A stretch of 61,610 nucleotides of DNA, counting the filler, from Choristocarpus tenellus KU-1152 (Eukaryota; Protista; Phaeophyceae): NCBI GenBank assembly GCA_964200185.2. It is 12 parts of 12 records of this genome, joined end to end, with 100 filler letters (N's around TTAATTAATTAA, not from the genome) between each part and the next. Parts side by side here need not be neighbours in the genome. Positions count along the whole stretch, not along the records: positions 8,398 to 25,058 come from CAXNAD020000796.1; positions 25,159 to 28,613 come from CAXNAD020019916.1; 10 more parts are not named here. One strand, 5' to 3'. Within the stretch, counting starts at the first letter, position 1, and each line of letters starts with the position of its first letter. Below are positions 13,005 to 25,760 of the stretch, in pieces. The notes under the pieces are model-generated. The model was not told the origin of the DNA. It made no database searches and was given only the letters and a program-made list of their open reading frames with translations. The position numbers and the translations under genes are program-made.

Positions 13005-14514
13005 CTGCCAGGGGCGCAAACAAGGAACGCAAAGAGGGTTGAGGAAGGGGTGGGTATGCCACGAGGTGTGGACAGATGCGCTTTATTAGCACATTTTCTA
13101 AGTCCACCTTCCATTTGGTCTTTTGTTGCTGCTGAATTTATAGGCTGTTCAACTACCAAGAGTCTTTAAGACGCCGGGTGGCAATGAGGGAGAAATCTTA
13201 GGCAGCCTTATCGAGGGTATAGTGGAAGGACCTTGTGGCGAGGGACTGCAAAAAGGTTACTATTCCAACAAGATACACACCCCTCAGATAGAATATGAAG
13301 AAAGGTTTGCTAGAACAAGCTAGAGGTGCTGGGTTCTGATATCCATCTGTGTGTATTGGACGGAACTGATGTATTGGAGACTAGCATGCCCCCATGGCCT
13401 ACTTATCAGCAACCTTAGCAGATGAGCCCAGTGCATGTAGCTTTTCCGTGGAAGGATCTCCAGTTCTGCGGAAAGAGGGAAAGAAAGCCGAGCCTTGGAG
13501 TATGCCAGGATCCAAGGTCGAAGACATGATTCAAAGTTGATCTATCCTCAAACAGCTAAACTCAGTTGGATTGGTTTGAGGTATGGGATGCACCAAGACT
13601 TCAACACCTGTAGTAGGCGTGTCTTGGATTGTTGAACGTATTTTTTGGGGTACATCACGAACAAAGTACCATTTTTCTGTTTTTTTGGTCTATATCCTAA
13701 CCGTAGAACTAGATCAGGATGGAGTACCACCTCAACTTCGGCAATGCAATATACCTTCACTCCACCAACACACCTAACCATAGGTCAACTTCCCTTCCGC
13801 AGAGATCAAATCCTATGCACACATTTGGAGTACATTAAACTGTAGATACTACATTAAGTTAAAAGTTCTTCAAAACCTACACAGAACTCAACATCAATAT
13901 CTGATTCAAGACTATAACTAATCTTCAACTTCTACGTTCAACTCCTCAAGCTTACTTTTTCTATTGGTTTGTCTTGATATCTGATTTAATATCCTCGTTA
14001 GAGGTGATGTACCCGCTTCCAGGTGGGCCAACCATGTCTAGTCTTTTCTTCATTTTATGTAGATCTGGGTTACAGGGGGGTCCACAGCGCGACCCACGTC
14101 CGGTTTTTAAATAGTGCCAAGTACATTTCTGAAGATCATTAACTGTCCCACCTAGAGTATATCTTATCTGGGTTGGCCCGTGACCTGACCTTAGTAAGGT
14201 CTTTTGGCTAAGCCCCATACCGATCCTGGTTGAATGTGGCGCCATCAATGAGTTTCCAAACTAGACTGAGCCACTGGGTGACCCAGGTTAAATATGTTTC
14301 AAAAGGGCCAGACCAAGGCCATCAAGGTTGTTACTAAATCGAGTCACGTTCACTCATCACTCATTGAAAGCATACTAAAAAATACCAGAGTAAAATGTAC
14401 CAGTATCTTGTTGCTTTGATTATATACTTCAACCAGACTACACATTCTACTGCCGTTTGAGGGGAGCCGTTAAAACATCTGACGTTTGAGTTGCTTGTAA
14501 CACCCAGCAGAGCT

Positions 14515-14607
14515 TTTTTCATAAATTGGATGGACTATATGGGGAGTTACCTAACTCTAACCCTAACTCCAGAAAGGACCTCCCTAGTCCGTCCAACCTA
14601 TCAAGAA
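14515..14607. repeat. Small hairpin element with a telomere-like loop
   Basis: Outer arms TTGGATGGACTA / TAGTCCGTCCAA and inner stem GGAGTTA / TAACTCC enclose CCTAACTCTAACCC. Confidence 0.55.
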
Positions 14608-17600
14608 CGGTGCAGCAAGGGTTTTAAGCAACTTTGTTGTTAGTAATCGCACCACATTCCCTGTTTCAGTAGGACATTTCAACTGTCAGTTTTTATCACA
14701 GTTGGAGTAGTCTGCCAGGGCGACAAAAATACATTGCACATGTTGAATAGATAATGGTTTAACACGGTCCGTCCACCAGAGAGTTCATTATCATCTATTT
14801 TTTCGTCACTTTGACCTGGGGACTATATCCCAGCCCACGATCGTATCATAAGTACCACCGTCCGGCACGTTTACCTAGTTCACAGAAAAATCTGAAATAC
14901 TAGACTTCCTACCCTCATTTCGTGCTCTTCCTGCCCTGATAGAAGCACTATCTCCTACAATATGTGAGACGAGATATTCCACATGCTTCAAAAACTATCA
15001 ATAGATTATTATTACAATCAATTTACATGCCCACCAATATTGAGATTGAGATGTCGAGAGGAGAGAAGGTACACGCAAGAGAGCATCTACAACACAGTAA
15101 CAGGCAACAAACAGGTTCTGTACTGCTTACAAGTCACAGCACAAGGAAGAAATACTATAAAGAAATGACCTTTCAATACAGCACACTGCGTACTTGGTGC
15201 AGCAGCTATGTATGACAACATCGGGATTGTAAGATCTCTACCTTCTTTGTTGCTTCTCGTTACTCTACAGCAACGTGTGCCAAATCTTAGTGTGTCTAAC
15301 AAAAAAAATATTAAAAGTAGCAAATAACAAATGACACAGCACAGCTGTGCTCAACTACTATTTATGATAATCACACTACAAATAATGTCCAACTTTTTGA
15401 AAAAACAGGATTGGTTCTGCCCTGCCACCGTTACCGGATTTGTCCAGTGTTTCAGGTCTCAGCTGCCTTCTTCGCACTCTTTGCAACATTTTTCGTTCTT
15501 GGCATCCTTGAGCAAGATGCTTACACAGACAGGAAGACAGAATGCTGCACATTACCTGGGTCTAACCCATTTCTATTCCCTATAAAAAATTCCCAAGTAA
15601 CATGAACAGCAGACGTAACAGTCCAACTACTGCCTCTGAAGCAGGGATGACCAAAACACTATGTGCCAGCTTGTCTACAAAGCTAAATAAGTGCGAAAAA
15701 GATGAATCCTTCCCTCACCACTACCTAAGCGGGACATTTATCTAAACTCTCCTCTCCTCATTACTGTTCTGGAAGGACTCAACTTCCACTTGAACTGACT
15801 GCCCTGTATACTGCTCCCTCCTCATGACACACATCACCCCTCCACTAACAGCAGCGCCAAAACCCACCACAATATTCAAGAGAGAAGCTCTATATAATTC
15901 CCTTAGCCTCTTCATTGTATGGGACTATAACCCCTTAGCAAGGGCAGTGTGTGCACTGTGTCATATCGTAACAGCCGTCTCTAGCATGTCCTCCCTCGAT
16001 TACTCAACCTCCAAGATATCAACCACTTACAACTCTACACGCCTCCAAACTGTGGAATGCCACAAAGGAGCTTGGTCCTGGGGTTCACACAGGCAATCAC
16101 CACCTACTTACACCCTATGGACCTTATTGGAGGCTACCCACGTGGACCCTCACACCAGTACATACTATTTGACCCATCGCCAAAGCGGTTTGGAAAACCC
16201 CTCAATCATACCTCTTGTGCAGAGTCACACAGACATCTTTGCCCAATCACATAGTTCCTCATCATCACAGTCAAGGTCAGGAAAGGGTAGTACTGTAGAT
16301 AGTATCTTTGTTGCTTGAGGTCAATGCCTAAGTCACAGAGATGTATGTGGGGGATGATGAGGGGGGAGTTCACAGAAGTGTCTTCCTCAAGCAAACTTGG
16401 ACCTCCTTGATGGGCCCCATTAGGTTTGCTATTGGCGGGGAGCCCTTTGCAATTCTTTTGATGATGCCAAGAAAATATACACAAAATATATATCCCTATC
16501 CCTATCCCTAACCCTATCCCTAACCAAAATTTTGGTTTCAAGTACTGATAAAACTGCCAATATAAATAAAATTGCGCCAGCAAGACCATCGTGGTTTGCA
16601 GGAGTAAGCCATGCCAAGACCAATGGCGAGGGCCCAGCATACTTCACATACAAGGCATGGAACGGAAATAAAAAATATCAACACTGGAACGAAAAAGCTT
16701 GTACTACCAAACACAGAAGCTGCTACAATCCTATCATCCCTGCAACCTCTCCTCTCCCTTCAATCTGACCCATCTTTCATAAACCTTGGGGGTATTCTAT
16801 CTCCTGTTGGCGGAGAAGAGAGCTGTATGTACTAGTCTGTACACTGCATTAAAAAACTGGATTTATACTGTTAATACGTAACTCAGTAAAAAAAATACGT
16901 TAATTGTACCAGGTAACTATACAACATAGCGTATCATTTTTTCTTCCTTGATTGCCACTATAATGAGAGATGAAAAACAATGTAAAAACCCTACACAGTA
17001 CAGGTCTCCAGACAAGACATCTCGATTAACACATGTTCCTTCAAACCACAGTACAAATACCTTCGGGGCAAAAGAGCATGTGACACACACAGATCTTGAT
17101 ATGTGACATCATTACAATGATTAAAAAAAACAAAACAAGAGCACCGTTTGCGAACAGGCAAATTATAAAAAAAAATGAAGGGGAAGCCCTCGCGGTAGCC
17201 GTTTCTTTATTCACAAAATCCTTCACTCCCAATCTGAGTAACACATCTATTCCTCAACAACGCACTCAGGAAATTTCAATAAAAAAAAACTTTGCTCAGG
17301 TGGCAGGGCTCTCAGTATTCGCTTCAAACCAACCCAACCAATCAACCTGGGATATAAGCATCACTTACACCATCAAAACAAAGCAAGCTTTTCAACCAGC
17401 CTGTAAAGAAAGAAGAGAGAAACTCCTCTTTCCTCACCTCCCCAGTTTCATTCTCGCACAAAGATTCCCCCCCCCCCCCCCCCCCCCCCCCCCCCGCGTG
17501 CCCAAATGTCCAGGGGGAGGGGGGGAACGTTGATTTTTTTNNNNNNNNNNCCCCCCCCCCCCCCTTCCCATCTCAGTTTCATTCCCGCACAAAAATTCCC

Positions 17601-17695
17601 CCCCCCCCCCTCCCCCCTAGGCGACCGATGGTGCCAAATTGTCCAGGGTAAGGTGGATACAGTTCATGTTCTTGGTCATCTCCTCTATTGAACCA

Positions 17696-19107
17696 CTACA
17701 GTCTGCCAAAGTCCCTCACAAAGCCTGCAACACTGTCGAGGAACTTTGGGGTTGCACCGGGTTCATCATCGCTATTGCTCTCAAGGTATATGTCATCAAG
17801 AACCTCTCCAAGAGGTCTCTGTCTCACAGACTTGAGGAGGCGGTAGCCTGTTGGGTTTTTCGGTTCATCTTGCCAAACAGAGTACTTTTTCCCGTACTCC
17901 CTGTGTTGGAAGGGGGGGNNNNNNNNNNTCCGGTGGTGTGTCGGTGTGCGTGGGGCGGGGGGGGGGGGGGGGGGGGGGGGGGGAGGCGCAAGGTGCGTGG
18001 GGGTAGTGAGAATCAAGTCCAGTCCAGTACTGGTCTTACTCCGCTGGCATGTAGGGTGTACAATGTGTGGTTCTGATGATTCATCTCAGCATAGAGTACA
18101 GTAGACAGGACCATAATACAAACAGTACCACGCATTAGTTCAGGTACCCAACCCCCACCCTAACCTAAACCTAAGTCATAGTAATGCTTCAGTCCGTAGG
18201 ATACATGCATTTTATCGTCCAATATCCTTTTACCCCCCCTTGATCTCTACAACACCCAGAAAAATCAGTAACCCTAACCCTAACCCTAACCCAATGAGCA
18301 GGTCAAAAGTACACAATCATGAAGGGAGAAGGGCTCAGTCACTTCTTCTTCTTAGTCTCCTGCTTGGTCCTCTCTAAAGTGGGTAAACTTCAGGTTTAAC
18401 AATCAGTACCTAAGCCAACCTTCCATGGCGCTTGACCAAATATAGTCATACTTGAAGCATATACCTTGAAAGCCACACTGTAGTAATGAGCAGTGTGGAT
18501 TGGTGGAAAACCAACTACAGAATATCGTGAGAAAAAGAGACTAGGTACACAGCTGCCCCCCCCCCCACCAAATCCAAATAAAACTTGACAGCACGGGGGT
18601 ATGGACCATACTGCACAGGCATGTACCGATATAAAAACACAGAAACAACCATTGGTACAATCGAGCAGCCGGTTTTGATTGTTGACAAGGCGTAATGGGA
18701 ACACAAGGAGACAAAACCAGTCAATTCATCCACCTCCAGTGTGGAAATGGATGGATACGACAAGATTGATACAGACCATTTAATTTAATTAAGCTACAAG
18801 GAGGAAATGGGTCATAAAATTCAACCACTGGGAACAGGCTCAACTTCGCCATTTTCAAGAGCTACAAAGGCAACGCTACTGAAGGTGGACCCTCGCAGCA
18901 TCAACTGCTTCCGAACACAAGAGGGCAATACATTACGCATCCAGTATCATGGGAGCTCCACCTGACTTGGGTTTAGGGTTAGGGTTAGACTTGTGAACGT
19001 GGCCTCAAACAACCACAGACACACAGTTAACTGCATGTGACGACACATCCGATCTTCCAGGCTATTGGAACACACTACTGTTACTACTGTTAAGGGAGGT
19101 TTCACTC

Positions 19108-19149
<42 letters not shown>

Positions 19150-22100
19150 CACCCCGACTAAAAAAAAAGAAGTCCACTACGAAGGGTAACAACTCATACC
19201 TTATTTTTTTCTTGTTCCCAGAAATTTCTTCATCGCAAGCAGAGCTCGCCACCAAAAAAAAAATTCCGCACTAAAAAAAAAACTCACATGGTTACAGCCC
19301 CCCACGGAAGCGTGCGCAGGTAGTAGCAGGTCTGAAAAATAGAAAGGATTTCGTCCCGGACACGTCTTCCCGCCAAGCCGTACCCTGTTGTTCCCATGTT
19401 GATCAGCTCTGGGTTCACTAGCACCATGAAAGTATTCCCATGCGAAATCTTGGAGGGGAAAAGTACAGCCGGGTCAGGGCATGGGCGGTGGGCGAGAGTG
19501 GCCGGGGGCAGGGGGGGGGGGGCATTTGCGAAGACTTTTACTCCGGATATGGTGCAGGGCCCTGATCAAGTAGGTAAACTGTATTGCCAGCAGGGTGGTC
19601 AAGGGGCAACCGCAAACGAAATGTTAAAATGGGGGCTGTTGTGTCACGGGACGTGACAAAGGTATACCTCTCGATTGCTCCGCAGGAGGCAGTATGAATG
19701 CTCCAAAGCTTGTTATCTTCTCCTATTTCTACACCCTCTTCTAAGCTGGGTGTTCCAACACAAGACGCTCAGTTATCCTCCCACCTCCCAAAACCACAAC
19801 AAAAATAACAAAAATAAAATTTCCTCTCATTATCAGGCTAGTACCACCCGTGATTTCTCAACCATGCCATGCACATACATGCTGACGCCCGTGAAAAATC
19901 CTGTAGCAAGTTGACAAGCCTCTTTGGGCGGTGGGAGAGAAGGCTCTTGCCATGTGAAGACAAGCAGAACCCTCTCATCATAGTAAAACTCAGTAACAAC
20001 CCCTACAACAATGCTCAAATCAAGCTAACACACACACACAGTAGAACATATATATACCACAACAAATAACCCCAAGTTCTACCATTGGTGATGAGCACGC
20101 CTCCCCACAAGCAACAAAATCCACACCCAATGCATTACCAACGGAAGTATTAACAGAACATACTTATCCACCTACATGAAGGTTGATAGAGGAATCCTCA
20201 ACCCCAGTGATAGCCTTCCAAAGCTGAAGACCTTGACAAGTCCTTCATCTAGTCATTGACCCATCCCCCCCACCTTCTATCTCCACAACACCATTGCACT
20301 CAACATCATGCTCATACCTTTTCCACCAATTTGAGGGTGCCCTCTGCCTCCGAGTTCCGTGGACAGAGCACAATGCACCCAACATCTGTTTCTAAGGGCG
20401 AGTCGCTCGTCACTGACGCAAACCTCACGCCTTCTGGCACCTTACAAAAAGACCATGCACAGAGTATTAATAGCACTACAGAGTTCGCAGGGGTCGTTTG
20501 AGAATACAACAAGACCAAGTACCAAGGTTTTGGGGTGCACGAGGGAAGGGATGTGCGAAACAAAAGTATTCCTGTGACTTGGCCTATTTTCTTTACATAT
20601 TGCTTTTTTTTTTGTCTATTTCAGTTATGCGTACCACCTCTGTGCACCACTCCTCAATAATTGCTGGGAGTTGGTTCACAGCAGTCGGAATTGAAAATAT
20701 ATAGTGTGATCAGAGCAAGTACTACAAAAACAGTTCTTGATATCCTTAAAAGGCGTATTTTTGACATTTCAAAGTAAGACCTTCGCAATAATCAGAAAGA
20801 CAAAGCATCCAGAACCTTTTCGGTCCTCGCCATCGAAGCAGGAAGATGTTTGGCACGTCCCACTTCCCCACAAATATGCCCACAGAGCACAACTGCCAGC
20901 TAGGCATACACAAGAGCTTTTTGTCCAAGCCTTGCTGTAAGCAATAATTGCATGTACACATTAGTGAGGACTCTGGTCCAATCTATTCTAACCTATTCAG
21001 CAATGTACACACAGAAGGTGACAAGACTAGGCCAAGCACTGCGCAGTACAGGTCTGCCTGGTGCAGACATACTTCGCTGATAAACATACCTTACAGCAAA
21101 TTGCAAGAGCACTCTTGAAGTGGTAGGGTTGTGAATACCGTACAATACAAACAATATATAAACAATATGTACTACGTAGTATAGTGCTGTCATTAGGATT
21201 AGAGTTAGGGATAGGGTATTGAACTCCTCTCGCTGGAGAATTGCAGAATGGATTTAGATAGGTATGACTGAGGTGGACGATATTGTATATTTCACTGGAA
21301 CCTCGACAAAGTCAAATGCTCATAAACTCATTGAGACGAGCCGTGAAAGCACAAAGTAAGTCCTTGCAGAGGGAAAGCACACCTCTTGACCTGTTAGCAC
21401 TGTTGATGTATTCCTACAGGTTGTTTTTGCTGCAAACAGGAGCTTGGGGTCTGCACAAGGCTGTTGGCACATGTGGGTACTTTGACAGTGCATGTGACAT
21501 GACTCCACCATTAAATCAAAATACGCCATTTAGAGAAGGGCCTGCACAGCTACCCAACCAACTGCACCATCGCGGCCAATTTGAAGAGTTTTCAAATGGT
21601 ATGGGATGCATCAGTAATGTACCAACAAATCTTCAACCTATGGGTGACCGACCTGCAGAAACATTTGTTCGCACAAGAGCAGCTTGGGGAAGGAAAAGAA
21701 GCTCCTTACCTGGTATTGAGCTGTGTCATTTCCTGACTGCCATTGGTGCTTCGCAAGGGCAGCCGATCCCATGTCAGGAAAATATAGCGTCATGGTAGCT
21801 CCTGGTGACAAAAAGGGTGTATGGGTTTGGAGAAGGGAGGCCATGTGGTGTGAAACGTGGTCTGGGGCGTATGAGGTGTTTGGTGCAGAATTGCGAGTGG
21901 CGGTGCAAATCTCTTATGACTTTAAGAGTAGGTCAAAAAGTGAGAGGTGAACACTATGCTGAAGCCTTCAACAGCTCGACGTATGTGCGTGCAGTGAGCC
22001 TCACCCTTTGGCTCCTCTCCTTCCTTGTCGACTATGAGGGCCTCTGCCAGGAGAGCAGTGAAGTGTTTGGCCATTTCGAGACTCGACTTAAGTTTCGTGT

Positions 22101-22780
22101 ACATCTCATCCCCTGCAGACGTGTCGAAGTCGATGCGCAAACGAGTGCAGCCCTGGCGACAAGAGGAGATTGAAGGAGTTGCCAGTAAACACGAAGATCA
22201 ACATACACGTGGGAAGAAACCGCAAAAACTAGGACCATTCATTCACGACTGAGCCAATTTTCCCGAAACAATAGCGTCGGGTCGTCAAGTGGTTGAGGAC
22301 TTGGAGACATTACGACATGTTTCAAGACCTACACTCCAAATAATGGGGGGATTATCTGAATGCTGCTAGAAATTCTCTCAGTGCATGCGTAATTCTTCAT
22401 TCATGTCCCCCCAGAAAATCCGCTTCGCCTAACAGAAACTCACGGATTACCTCATCCATCGCATTCAGTGTACCCTGACCCATGCGTGCAATTGAGTCCT
22501 CGAACGAGTCTGGTAGATCTGTCACGAAAGGATCCACCTCCTCCAATCCCTCACCCACTACTTCTTCTTCTGAAGACATACTGGTGGAGCTCCTTCCTCG
22601 ATATCCGCCGTGTGGTCGTCTAGTAACCCACATCGATGGCGGCATTGAAGAAACACCTACAGCAGCCGATCTCCCCCTTACCATACCGCCTCCCTTAAGG
22701 TATACATGATAGGCCGAGGAGTAGTGGAATGTCGATGCAATGATTAGACCAACAGTTGCCGTCAGGGTGGGCCCCATCAT
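17696..22780 (-). CDS. Plastid-targeted DUF1995-family protein, complete, 352 aa
   Basis: Exons 22780-22451, 22152-22005, 21801-21710, 20440-20318, 19448-19288 and 17900-17696 give a 1059-nt open frame with GT-AG introns. Signal peptide followed by an SSA|YH ASAFAP-like site. Motifs LPDSFEDSI...GCTRLRIDF, YFPDMGSAALAK..W, VLVNPELINM, YYLRTLPWGA and YRLL...RP. Confidence 0.9.
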
Positions 22781-23118
22781 GTGATTGTACACAATACCAC
22801 AATATTCAATCAGTGTTTCAAGGAGGTGGATGAAGTCAACCTTCATGATTGGGAGCTCAAGCGCTTTGGGAGGCGTTCTAGAAGGATCCATTTCCCATTT
22901 TTCAATTTTTATACCTACAACTACCTTGGTGTTTTTCCTCTAGAAATGAGAAGTACACCCAATCACTCTTCAATCATTACTCTCGCACAAACTGCCTAGG
23001 AGAGTACCCGCCAGTGCATCTGCTTGCTGTTCACCAGTTATTCTTTTGATTCGCTCAGGTGGGAGATAGTTCATAAATATTTGTCGGTCAGCGTTGTAGT
23101 ACTACATTTTCTGTTGCC
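22781..23118. promoter_or_regulatory. Putative bidirectional promoter
   Basis: 338 nt between two divergent start codons. Confidence 0.45.
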
Positions 23119-23388
23119 ATGTGTTGCATGCCCTCTACAACACCACTACCTATGCGCTTGGTTCTCATCGTAGCTTTAGGAGGATTAGCAATGGTCCTGA
23201 CAAATCTTGCACGTCACAGTGCAGAACCCATGTCGCAGGATGCTGAACATTCTGTTGGGCGGCAAATGTCGATGGCGAGTGAGGAGGCCGTTCTTGTAAT
23301 GGATAGCCTATGGACTAGTCTCGCCGAGCTAAGAGCAAAATTGGAGGCTTTGTCCCCCGTCTTCACCGCCCCGGAAGTCAAAGTGGAG
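23119..23388 (+). CDS. First exon of a probable type II membrane or secreted protein (TM anchor plus coiled stem)
   Basis: MRLVLIVALGGLAMVLTNLA hydrophobic segment, heptad-like LWTSLAELRAKLEAL, and a GAG|gtgaga donor. Downstream exons were not identified. Confidence 0.55.
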
Positions 23389-25158
23389 GTGAGAAATACC
23401 AGGGGAACTACCTTTGGTACGGACCAGGTACTTGTAGAGTTGATGAGTGGAACAAAGCGTCCACAACGAGGGTCATCAGTATGGGGCCAGGGCGAATGAA
23501 GGCACAAATAAAAACGATGCTGTAACTCCCTCGCATTGAGCAACCCCTGGCCACTCGAAAATTGGGGAGGTTCAACAACAGTAGCGCCAACAATGTATTG
23601 ATGGTCCTGTTTGTACCCTGTTTCTCTCCATGTTCTGAAAGACGTTGTGGGTGGGGGGAATGTACTGCTATACAACCAGCCCTTAGCAATCGTGGCACGG
23701 TCAAGGGGTACATTACCGAGTGATCGTGGTTACTATTGCTCCGTCTATTATTTCTCGCCTGGCAAAAACCTACGTCAAAGAGAGGTTTGCAAAGTCGTGT
23801 TGAAGAGGTTTCGTAAATATTGTATATTCGTATATAGTATTTATTCTTTTATCGGATGGAAAGGGTGCAGAGAATATAAGGTGATGTCTCAGTCAGTGAA
23901 AGGCACATCCCACGCCAGTTATCGCTATTTTCCGTCTTTGAAGTGGGGGTTGGGATTTTGCCCAGGCTATGGCTGTTCTTGCAACAATATGCCTGCTGAT
24001 GCTGATGCCACTTCCCAGCAATTTCGAGTAGTATGCGGGGAATGACCAAGTACTTCGATTTTTTGTCGGGAGACTTCCTGAGGTCCGCTTCTATGGGTGG
24101 CTAGAAAGAGGTGCTACAAGAGAAGACCATATCAGAGTGTACAACAAAACCCTGAAGGTCAAAGCAAGAGTGGCCTGGTAGAAGCCAACATGTTGATACC
24201 CAGACTCTCTTTGTTGGCCTTGAAGGAACGGCCATACATGTGGTGGATAACTATGAAATTCTTTCAGAGGTCTATCATTTCATGCATCTAGGCTTGCCTG
24301 GAAATTACTTAACAGAAAATTACCAACTCCCTCCTGAGTTGAGGTTTATGTGCATTCACCCTATTATGATCTTCTCTGAGTAGCACCCCCTTTCAGTCAC
24401 CCATGAAAATACACATCAGGAGGTTGATCCCCCAGCGGAAAGTACTATAGTCCTTGGTCATCCCCTGCAAACTTCTCCAAATTGCTGTGAAGTAAAATCA
24501 GCCTCCAGGGGTTCGCTGTTGTAGTGATGGTTGTAGTGGGTACCAACCCTACACCCCTAATCTCTTTTGGCAAAACGACCAACCATCCTCATTACCATCA
24601 ACATTACTAAAGATGTCAGCCGACGCAGTCACCACATCTGTCAAGTAGTTCATCGGGACTCCTTCAATGAAGTTGCACTGGCCGTGAAATCCCAGAACTC
24701 TTCATAGGGGTACTCTTCTTTCACACCAGGGAGTTCAAGGAAGTTCTTAACCACCCTGTTCAGCGGCTGTAATTTCAATAAACTGTTGATGCGCTTGGTG
24801 CGGTCGCAATGTTGTTACAGTTACGTCTGTCCGTCCCTGTCAGTAGTGGCGATGAAACAGCAATCGATCGACACCATTGCGAACAAGTAATTGGCTAGGG
24901 TAAGCTGCACCTGATCATCTGTGTGTCTAAAAAGAAATAAGTATTGATGGTGTTGATGCCCTCCTAAAAGACTCTCAAGTCAAGAGTCATGTGTGGTACC
25001 GATCGTTTCATTACCCCCCCCCACCCCCCCCCCCCCCACCCCCCCCCCCGCCACCAAANNNNNNNNNNNNNNNNNNNNNNNNNNNNNNNNNNNNNNNNNN
25101 NNTTAATTAATTAANNNNNNNNNNNNNNNNNNNNNNNNNNNNNNNNNNNNNNNNNNNN

Positions 25159-25760
25159 CTAATCGAACACGTGCCGTGTTCTTGATGCCCAATTGCCCGT
25201 TTCAGGTCTTCGTAGTTTATATCGGGTTTTGCGATCAGCTGTGCAAAAATGTTCATAGCGTCCTTGATGCCTAACTGCTTGCTTCAACTCCTCGTACCTT
25301 ATAATAGGTATTTTCAAGCTGGACTACGAAATCCGTACTGTCCATAGTCGAGGAGCACTATAGCTCCCGGAGCTGAGCTTGCAAAGCGATGATTGGCGTG
25401 GGGACCTCGTCCTCTGCGCGACCTCCATTGTGACTCATTCTAATTTCATCCATACTCTTCTGTCGTCTGGGTTCTCGTCGTTTTCAAATCGCTCCACGAG
25501 TGCTGCTGTGGACCCTCTTGTGGCTTGGACTAGCAGCAACCACAGAAGTATGTTGTTCTTGTATTTCTCGTGTGCTATTCTTTCCTGTTCGGTTGGCGTA
25601 TCTGTGAGTTCAGGGACCACTTATTTTCGCCGCAGAATGCCGAACAGACCCTTTCCACCGACGTAACCCACCACAGATAGTCTCCATGTTGTCCAGGTCT
25701 CCACTGAATGTCCTGATAATCCAGTCCTGATGGGCAACTTCTTCGTATCATTCTCCATAC
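25159..25760 (-). pseudogene. Degenerate Copia-type gag
   Basis: Stop-interrupted frame ETWTTWRLSVVGYVGGKGLFGIL*...LWLLLVQATRGSTAALVERFE...RVWMKLE*, typical of a Copia Gag N-terminus. Confidence 0.65.

Noticed and set aside
13414-13527. Candidate NUP133 start exon MSSTLDPG...GSSAK
   Set aside because: The phase fits, but the donor is weak and there is no recognisable homology, so it is unsupported.
18343-18373. 31-nt AG/GT-bounded micro-exon (RTKQETKKK) in the last DUF1995 intron
   Set aside because: The flanking exons already join in frame; including it would shift the frame.
24560-24780. Protein-like minus-strand frames (NFLELPGVKEEYPYEEFW...)
   Set aside because: Short, interrupted and unassignable.
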